A DNA stretch of 64,000 bases from Pseudomonadota bacterium. Lineage in GTDB: Bacteria; Pseudomonadota; Alphaproteobacteria; Rhizobiales; JAKPQE01. Every line of letters begins with the position of its first letter. Within the stretch, counting starts at the first letter, position 1. Positions 57,674 to 64,000 of the stretch are shown here, in pieces. The stretch spans positions 83,650-147,649 of the forward strand of contig JAKPQE010000179.1 of the NCBI GenBank assembly GCA_029572955.1. The letters run 5' to 3'. Made by a program: the position numbers and the translations under genes. The notes beneath the pieces were generated by a model, which saw nothing but the letters and a program-made list of their open reading frames with translations, did not search any database and was not told where the DNA came from.

Positions 57674-57752
57674 CGCAAGGGGGCGGATGCGCGGCGAACA
57701 GGCTGCGGTATCCGCCGCGCCGCTGAGGGGCCGCGCCGCTGAGGGAATGAGG

Positions 57753-57800
57753 GAAAAGGAAAACCCGCACCGGGCAACCGGCGCGGGTTTTCTTCTTTCC
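57753..57800. terminator. bidirectional terminator
   Basis: GAAAACCCGC / GCGGGTTTTC stem with A- and T-rich flanks, between convergent genes. Confidence 0.7.
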
Positions 57801-57852
57801 GGTCGAACCGGGACACGAGCGGGGGCGGGCGCCGGCAGCGCCCGCCGAGCCG

Positions 57853-58239
57853 TCACTCGGCCTTCTGCATCACGACGGTGACGTTGGCGTCGTATTTGTT
57901 CATCGCGCCGGTCGAGGCGTCGATCGCGAGCCCGACGAGGCCGCCGAAGATCACGTTGCCCGCCGTCATCGCCTCGACGTCGGAGGGAATGACGTGCTTG
58001 GCCTCTTTGTAGCCCTCGAGGTTGCAGGTCAGCGTCAGGTCGCTCTTCGACTTCGACACCTTGACGATCTGCGGCGTCGCGGCGATCGCCTCGATCAGCT
58101 TGCCCTCGCGCTCGACCGTGCAGGCAGCGCCCGACGGCGAAGAATTGATGGTGATGTTCTGCGTGGTGCCCTTGGTCACCGACGCGCAGCCGGCGACGAT
58201 ACCGGCAGCCGCAACAATGGCGACGATCGCAAATTTCAT
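57853..58239 (-). CDS. lipoprotein (PEGA-like)
   Basis: Lipobox VAGC; GNVIFGGLVGLAIDASTGA. Confidence 0.82.
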   Translation of the reverse strand: MKFAIVAIVAAAGIVAGCASVTKGTTQNITINSSPSGAACTVEREGKLIEAIAATPQIVKVSKSKSDLTLTCNLEGYKEAKHVIPSDVEAMTAGNVIFGGLVGLAIDASTGAMNKYDANVTVVMQKAE

Positions 58240-58347
58240 CGGAAACTCCCCGTGACTACCCCAACCGCGGACAGAGTAGGTATCGAGGCAACCTTCGGCA
58301 ACGAAATTTGCACGCGGCGGATGTTATCCCCAGCCGCAGCCGACCGT

Positions 58348-58905
58348 TCAGACGCTGAGGCGGGCAAGCATCCGTGCAAAGACGAGCGAGCCTTCCGGCC
58401 ACGGCCCGAACCCGGATTCGGCGTTGATGTGGCCGGACTCGCCGGCATCGATGAAGAGCGAACCCCACGCGTAGCCGAAGTCCTCGGCGCGGCCGAACTC
58501 GCAATAGGGGTCGTTGCGGCTGGCGACGAGAACCGAGGGAAACGGCAGCGGCGCCAGCGGCACCGGCGCAAAGGAGCGCACCAGGTCGGGCGTGCGCAGC
58601 TCGTCGGCGACATCGGCCGGGGCGACGAGGAACGCCCCGCGCACCTTCTCCTGCGAAAGGCTCGCGGCGGCATGGGCAACGGCGATCACGCCGAGCGAAT
58701 GGGCAACGAGCACCACCGGCCGCTCGGCCGCGGCGATCGCTTCGAGGATCCTTGCGACCCACGCCGCGCGCGCCGGCACGTGCCAGTCGTCCTGAACCAC
58801 CCGGCGGGCCGTCGAGAGATGATCCTCCCAACGGCTCTGCCAGTGATCGGGCCCCGAATTGGCGAGTCCCGGAACGATCAGGATGTCGGCATCGGCCGCC
58901 TTCAT
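58348..58905 (-). CDS. RBBP9/YdeN-family alpha/beta hydrolase
   Basis: VPGLANSGPDHWQ, VAHSLG, SRNDP, GHIN. Confidence 0.93.
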   Translation of the reverse strand: MKAADADILIVPGLANSGPDHWQSRWEDHLSTARRVVQDDWHVPARAAWVARILEAIAAAERPVVLVAHSLGVIAVAHAAASLSQEKVRGAFLVAPADVADELRTPDLVRSFAPVPLAPLPFPSVLVASRNDPYCEFGRAEDFGYAWGSLFIDAGESGHINAESGFGPWPEGSLVFARMLARLSV

Positions 58906-58913
58906 GCCGCCCC

Positions 58914-60221
58914 TCAGGCCTTGCCGAACACGCGCTCGAAGATCGTGTCGACGTGCTTGGTGTGATAGCCGAGGTCGAACTTCTCCTCGAGTTCGGCGTC
59001 GCTCAGCGCCGCCTTGACCTCGGGATCGGCCTTCAGCTCGGTGAGGAAGTCCTTGCCTTCCTCCCAGACCTTCATGGCGTTGCGCTGGACCAGCCGATAG
59101 GCGTCCTCGCGCGACGTGCCGGCCTGGGTGAGGGCGAGGAGCACGCGCTGCGAATGCACCAGACCGCCGAGGAGGTCGAGGTTGCGCTGCATGTTCTGCG
59201 GATAGACGACGAGCTTGTCGACGACACCGGTGAGGCGGGCGAGCGCGAAGTCGAGGGTGACGGTCGCGTCCGGACCGATCATGCGCTCGACCGAGGAGTG
59301 CGAGATATCGCGCTCGTGCCAGAGCGCGACGTTCTCCATCGCCGGCATCGAGTAGGCCCGCACCATGCGGGCAAGGCCGGTGAGGTTCTCCGTCAGCACC
59401 GGGTTGCGCTTGTGCGGCATCGCCGAGGAGCCCTTCTGGCCCGGCGAGAAATACTCCTCGGCCTCCAGCACCTCGGTGCGCTGCAGGTGACGGATCTCGA
59501 TGGCGAGGCGCTCGACCGACGAGGCGATGACGCCGAGCACGGCGAAGAACATGGCATGGCGGTCGCGCGGGATGACCTGGGTCGAGACCGGCTCGACCGT
59601 CAGCCCCATCTTCTCGGCGACATGCGCCTCGACCTGCGGGTCGATGTTGGCGAACGTGCCGACCGCGCCGGAGATGGCGCAGGTCGCGATCTCGGCCCGC
59701 GCCGCGACGAGGCGCTGGCGCGCCCGCTCGAACTCGGCATAGGCGCCGGCGAGCTTCAGGCCGAAGGTCACCGGCTCGGCGTGGATGCCGTGCGAGCGGC
59801 CGATGGTGATCGTGTCCTTGTGCTCGAAGGCGCGCTTCTTCAGCGCCGCGAGCAGGCCGTCGAGATCGGCGATGAGAATGTCGGCGGCCCGCGCCAGCTG
59901 CACGTTGAAGCAGGTGTCGAGCACGTCCGACGAGGTCATGCCCTGATGGACGAAGCGCGCATCCGGCCCGACGATCTCGGCAAGATGGGTGAGGAAGGCG
60001 ATGACGTCGTGCTTGGTGACGCGCTCGATCTCGTCGATCCGCGCCACGTCGAAGGTCGCCGCGCCGCCCTTTTCCCAGATCGTCGCGGCGGCCGACTTCG
60101 GCACGACGCCGAGTTCGGCGAGCGCGTCCGTGGCATGCGCCTCGATTTCGAACCAGATGCGGAACTTGGTCTCCGGCGACCAGATGGCGGTCATTTCGGC
60201 GCGGCTGTAGCGCGGGATCAT
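58914..60221 (-). CDS. purB: adenylosuccinate lyase
   Basis: GRSHGIHAEP, GSSAMPHKRNP, WHERDISHSS. Confidence 0.97.
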   Translation of the reverse strand: MIPRYSRAEMTAIWSPETKFRIWFEIEAHATDALAELGVVPKSAAATIWEKGGAATFDVARIDEIERVTKHDVIAFLTHLAEIVGPDARFVHQGMTSSDVLDTCFNVQLARAADILIADLDGLLAALKKRAFEHKDTITIGRSHGIHAEPVTFGLKLAGAYAEFERARQRLVAARAEIATCAISGAVGTFANIDPQVEAHVAEKMGLTVEPVSTQVIPRDRHAMFFAVLGVIASSVERLAIEIRHLQRTEVLEAEEYFSPGQKGSSAMPHKRNPVLTENLTGLARMVRAYSMPAMENVALWHERDISHSSVERMIGPDATVTLDFALARLTGVVDKLVVYPQNMQRNLDLLGGLVHSQRVLLALTQAGTSREDAYRLVQRNAMKVWEEGKDFLTELKADPEVKAALSDAELEEKFDLGYHTKHVDTIFERVFGKA

Positions 60222-60279
60222 CGGCTTGCCCTTCGGTTTCTTGTGATCGGGTGCGGTCTAACAGGAAGCCGCGGCGATC

Positions 60280-60822
60280 TCAATTGCGCCGATCGCCCGC
60301 GAACCGCTTTGCCGACAGGGAAAAGGCCGTTGCCGCCGCGAAGAGCAGCGGCACGCCGGTCGGAACGAGATAGCGCAGGCCGGCCGCGGCGAACTGGTAG
60401 ACCGCCGCCGCCATGGTCATGAGGTTCTGGTAGAACCAGCGCTCGCTCGGGAAGGGATCGTGCATCGGCGCGAAGTAGGTGCGGAAATGAAAGGCGTAGA
60501 GCACGGTTCCGACCGCGGCGGTGAAGAACAGCAGCCCCGCCATCATCGCCGAAAAGCGCTGGCTCGCCGTGCGCCGGCGCGAGACGAGCGTGCCGAAGAC
60601 GAAGGCGAGAACCCCGCCGAGAAACGAGGAGCCGACGAAGAGCAGGCCGACGAGGGCGAGGCGCCGGCCGGCGGCACGTTCGGCAAGGCCGGCATCGAGC
60701 GCGATGGCAAGGCCGACGAGGATCGCAAAGACCGCGGAAAGCACGACACCGCGCCAGATGATGGCGGCGAGGTCGCCGGCGTTCCGACCATTCGAAGCGG
60801 TGTGATCCGGTTGACTGGCCAT
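60280..60822 (-). CDS. hypothetical multi-TM membrane protein
   Basis: Four hydrophobic segments; fills the gap between modC and purB. Confidence 0.6.
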   Translation of the reverse strand: MASQPDHTASNGRNAGDLAAIIWRGVVLSAVFAILVGLAIALDAGLAERAAGRRLALVGLLFVGSSFLGGVLAFVFGTLVSRRRTASQRFSAMMAGLLFFTAAVGTVLYAFHFRTYFAPMHDPFPSERWFYQNLMTMAAAVYQFAAAGLRYLVPTGVPLLFAAATAFSLSAKRFAGDRRN

Positions 60823-60935
60823 TCTCTCGTCCCGCGCCTTTCTCCGACCGCGCCGCGAGAGGGCGGCGCCAGGTCATGAAGCTAGGAGCGACCGGTTGAC
60901 AAATCCACACCGAACCTTCGCCGGCGCTGCATCTT

Positions 60936-62021
60936 TCAGTCGGTGAGCGCCACGCTCTTGACGAGGGCGACGGCCTCGTCGCCGACGGCGAGCCCGAGGA
61001 CGTCCCAGGACTTGCGCGTGATGCGGCCGATGAGATGCGCGCCATCCGGTCCGTGACCGAGGCGCATGAAGACGTTCATGCGGAACTCGCCGACCGGCTC
61101 GGCGGCGACGATGCGGGTCGGCAGGGCGTTGAGGATGCTGGTACCGGCCGGCGCCGGCGCATGGCAGAGCGCCACGTCCGAGGCGACGATCCGCAGTCGC
61201 CGCTCCGTGCCGGTCTCGCCGATATGCCCGGGTACGACGAGCTTGCCGCCGGGTGCCGCGACCGTCGTCAGCATGTAATGCGGATCGTAGGCCTCGATCG
61301 TCCCGGCGATCACCACCGCCGCGTCCGGCGTCTTGGCGAACGGCAGCAGCGGATCGGCGACGAGTTCGGCGAGCGGTCCGGCTGCCCGCACCCGGCCGCT
61401 CTCCATCAGCACCATGCGGTCGGCCAGCCGCTCGACCTCGGCCATGTCGTGGCTGACATAGATGGTCGGAATGGCGAGGCTCTCGTTGAGGCGTTCCAGA
61501 TAGGGCAGGATCTCGGCCTTGCTCGCCCGGTCGAGAGCGGCGAGCGGCTCGTCCATCAGGAGGACCTCCGGTCCCGACAACAGCGCCCGGCCGATCGCTA
61601 CCCGCTGGCGCTCGCCGCCGGAAAGGCTGCCCGGCACCCGATCGAGCAGCGCCTCGAGGCCGAGCAGGCCGACGACCTCGTCGCGATCGGTCGCGCCGAT
61701 GGCGGCCCGCCGGCGGCGGCGGCCATAGTCGAGATTTCCGGCGACCGAGAGATGGGCAAACAGGCTCGCTTCCTGGAAGACGTAGCCGATCGCCCGCCGG
61801 TGCGGCGCCACGAAACGGCGTCCGTCCTGCCAGACCATCCCGTCGATGGCGAGGCGACCGTCCTCGGCCCGGTGCAGGCCGGCAAGGCAGCGCAGGATCG
61901 TCGTCTTGCCGCAGCCCGAGGGTCCGAACAGCGCCGTCACGCCGCGCATCGGCGCATCGAACGCCACATCGAACGAAAACCGTCCGAGCGTGCCGCGGAA
62001 GCGTGCCTCGATGGCCGTCAT
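60936..62021 (-). CDS. modC: molybdate ABC transporter ATPase
   Basis: [22 protein letters not shown]-terminal TOBE/Mop region. Confidence 0.94.
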   Translation of the reverse strand: MTAIEARFRGTLGRFSFDVAFDAPMRGVTALFGPSGCGKTTILRCLAGLHRAEDGRLAIDGMVWQDGRRFVAPHRRAIGYVFQEASLFAHLSVAGNLDYGRRRRRAAIGATDRDEVVGLLGLEALLDRVPGSLSGGERQRVAIGRALLSGPEVLLMDEPLAALDRASKAEILPYLERLNESLAIPTIYVSHDMAEVERLADRMVLMESGRVRAAGPLAELVADPLLPFAKTPDAAVVIAGTIEAYDPHYMLTTVAAPGGKLVVPGHIGETGTERRLRIVASDVALCHAPAPAGTSILNALPTRIVAAEPVGEFRMNVFMRLGHGPDGAHLIGRITRKSWDVLGLAVGDEAVALVKSVALTD

Positions 62022-62683
62022 CCGAGCCGTCTCCGCATGCGCTTGTCGATCACCGTCATGGCGAGAATGACGAGGAACGAGAACACCAGCATCCCGGCGG
62101 CCAGCACATGCGCCTCGCGCCACTGCAGCGTCTCGACATAGTCGTAGATCGCGATCGACAGGACCTTCGTCTCGCCGGGGATATTGCCGCCGATCATCAG
62201 CACCACGCCGAACTCGCCGACGGTATGGGCAAATCCGAGGACGGCGCCGGTCAGCAGCCCGGGCCGCGCCAGCGGCAGCGCGATCGTGAGGAACGCATCG
62301 AGCGGCGAGGCCCTCAGCGTCGCCGCGACCTCGAGCGGCCGCTCGCCGATCGCCTCGAAGGCATTGCGGATCGGCTGCACGGCGAAGGGCAGCGAATAGA
62401 GCACCGAGCCGACGACGAGGCCGGCGAAACTGAAGGGCAGGGGGTGTCCGAAGAGGCTGCTCGCCGCCGACCCGAGCGGGCTTTTCGGCGACAGCATGAG
62501 GAGCAGGTAGAAGCCGAGCACGGTCGGCGGCAGCACCAGCGGCAGGGCCACGACCGTGCCGATCGCCTCCTTCCACCAGCTCTTCGAACGCGCCAGCCAC
62601 CAGGCGATCGGAGTTCCGACGACGAGCAGGATGACCGTCGTCACGGTGGCGAGCTTCAGGGTCAGGAGAACCGATTCCCACAT
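62018..62683 (-). CDS. modB: molybdate ABC transporter permease
   Basis: [26 protein letters not shown]. Confidence 0.95.
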   Translation of the reverse strand: MWESVLLTLKLATVTTVILLVVGTPIAWWLARSKSWWKEAIGTVVALPLVLPPTVLGFYLLLMLSPKSPLGSAASSLFGHPLPFSFAGLVVGSVLYSLPFAVQPIRNAFEAIGERPLEVAATLRASPLDAFLTIALPLARPGLLTGAVLGFAHTVGEFGVVLMIGGNIPGETKVLSIAIYDYVETLQWREAHVLAAGMLVFSFLVILAMTVIDKRMRRRLG

Positions 62684-62695
62684 CGCGGCCGGGCC

Positions 62696-63466
62696 CTAGT
62701 CGGTGCCGTAGCCGAAGCGCGCGACGATCTCGCGCCCCGCGTCGCCGCGCAGGAACTGCAGGAACGCCCGTGCCGCGGGCTTGCCGAAAGCGCCTTCGAG
62801 GAGCACCGCATCCTGCCGGATCGGGGTGTAGAGATCGGTCGGCACCAGCCATCTCGACCCTTTGTCGGCGTCGACGACCTGCGACAGCGCGACGAAGCCG
62901 AGTTCGGCGTTGCCGGTCACGACGAACTGGTAGGTCTGGGCGACGTTCTCGCCGAAGACGATCTTCGAGGCCAGCGTCTCGAACACGCCGAGTGCGTGCA
63001 GCACCTCAGATGCGGCCCGGCCATAGGGCGCGGTCGCCGGGTTGCCGATCGCGAGCTTGTTGAACTTGCCGGTTTTCAGGATCGCGCCGGCCTGATCGAC
63101 GAGGTTCGGATCGGTCGAATAGAGCACGATCCTTCCCGTCGCGTAGGTGAACCGGCTGCCGGCGACGGCGAGGTTCTCGGTTTCGGCCTTCGCCGGCGTC
63201 TTGTCGTCCGCCGCGAGAAAGACGTCGAAGGGTGCGCCGTTGGCGATCTGGGCGAAAAGCTTGCCCGTCCCGCCGAAAACCAGCACCGCTTCGTGGCCGG
63301 TCTTCTCCTGAAACGCCGTCGCGATTTCCTTGGCCGCGGCGGTGAAATTGGCGGCGACCGCGACGGTCACCTGATCGGCACGGACCGTGCCGCCGCAAAG
63401 GCCGATGGCGACCGCCGTCCCGAACAGACCCGCCTGCGACAGGCGCTTGGGCGCTATCGGACGCAT
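62696..63466 (-). CDS. modA: molybdate ABC transporter binding protein
   Basis: AVAANF, GKLFAQI, APYGRAA, GFVALSQ. Confidence 0.94.
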   Translation of the reverse strand: MRPIAPKRLSQAGLFGTAVAIGLCGGTVRADQVTVAVAANFTAAAKEIATAFQEKTGHEAVLVFGGTGKLFAQIANGAPFDVFLAADDKTPAKAETENLAVAGSRFTYATGRIVLYSTDPNLVDQAGAILKTGKFNKLAIGNPATAPYGRAASEVLHALGVFETLASKIVFGENVAQTYQFVVTGNAELGFVALSQVVDADKGSRWLVPTDLYTPIRQDAVLLEGAFGKPAARAFLQFLRGDAGREIVARFGYGTD

Positions 63467-63701
63467 CGCAGGCTCCTTTCGGTCACGCGGATGATAGGTC
63501 CAAATGCCCCAATAGCACCGCCGCCGCGTTGACCAACAGCAAACGGCGATCCTCGACGCTGAGGCCCCTTGTCGCAACGCGCGGCAACCGGTGCGGGCAC
63601 CATCTCCCATCGACCGGCCGACGTCGGAGGTTGACGTCCCGTACCCGGCTCTTTTTAGAATACGTCAAACCAACGACGGCATCGAACAAAAGGAATGCGC
63701 C

Positions 63702-64000
63702 ATGAGATCAGCCATCGCCGCAGTCCTCGTCCTTTGTGCAGTGTCCGGGCCGGGCCTCGCCGACGAGTGCCGGGATCGTTTCGCGAGCCTCCTTGCCAAG
63801 GGCAACCCGGACGACGTCGCGGTGAAGACCCACATCACCCAGAAGGTCGGCGGCGCCCCGGAGACCCGGAACTACAACTACTGGGACGGTACCGGCGACT
63901 GGATGAGCGAGATGATCGAGCCGGACAACATTCCCTGGTCGATGGCGCGCGGCGATACGCTCTACATGTCGACCGACAAGGGCAAGAGCTGGTCGAAGGT
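63702..64000 (+). CDS. secreted hypothetical protein, truncated by the window end
   Basis: Manual translation MRSAIAAVLVLCAVSGPGLA-DECRDRF...; open to the window end; AAGGA upstream. Confidence 0.65.
   Translation, partial: MRSAIAAVLVLCAVSGPGLADECRDRFASLLAKGNPDDVAVKTHITQKVGGAPETRNYNYWDGTGDWMSEMIEPDNIPWSMARGDTLYMSTDKGKSWSK

Noticed and set aside
57716-57745. Short direct repeat CCGCGCCGCTGAGGG x2
   Set aside because: Two GC-rich copies beside a terminator; no further copies noticed
63470-63700. ModE box or Moco riboswitch upstream of modA
   Set aside because: No recognisable consensus found by eye

Overview
High-GC alphaproteobacterial (Hyphomicrobiales/Rhizobiales-like) chromosomal segment. 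It is mostly housekeeping genes: tgt, cysE, gamma-carbonic anhydrase, three tRNAs (Glu-TTC, Pro-TGG, Arg-TCT), a lipid A modification cluster, metC, aapJQMP, sseA, alaX, cysK, photolyase, purCSQ, purB and modABC. The main accessory block follows tRNA-Arg. It holds an orphan long-form hisG, a Hyd-2-type (group 1c) [NiFe]-hydrogenase operon hybOABCD-hypC-hybE, an FNR-like regulator, cytochrome c plus hupE, and USP plus a Pat-type acetyltransferase. Three TTGAC-N4-GTCAA-type boxes appear to tie much of this block together. The most unusual items are: (1) a transglutaminase-like cysteine peptidase carrying a 154-residue charge-free Gln-rich repeat domain, followed by a non-coding array of repeated C-rich-loop hairpins; (2) a secreted 14-Cys protein with a granulin-like CC pattern; (3) a 45-aa His/Cys secreted microprotein missed by the ORF track; (4) an orphan ChrR-like gene behind a sigmaE-like promoter, convergent with photolyase. 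No integrase, transposase, CRISPR array or rRNA was seen. Family assignments come from motif recognition, not database searches, and start codons are my best manual calls.
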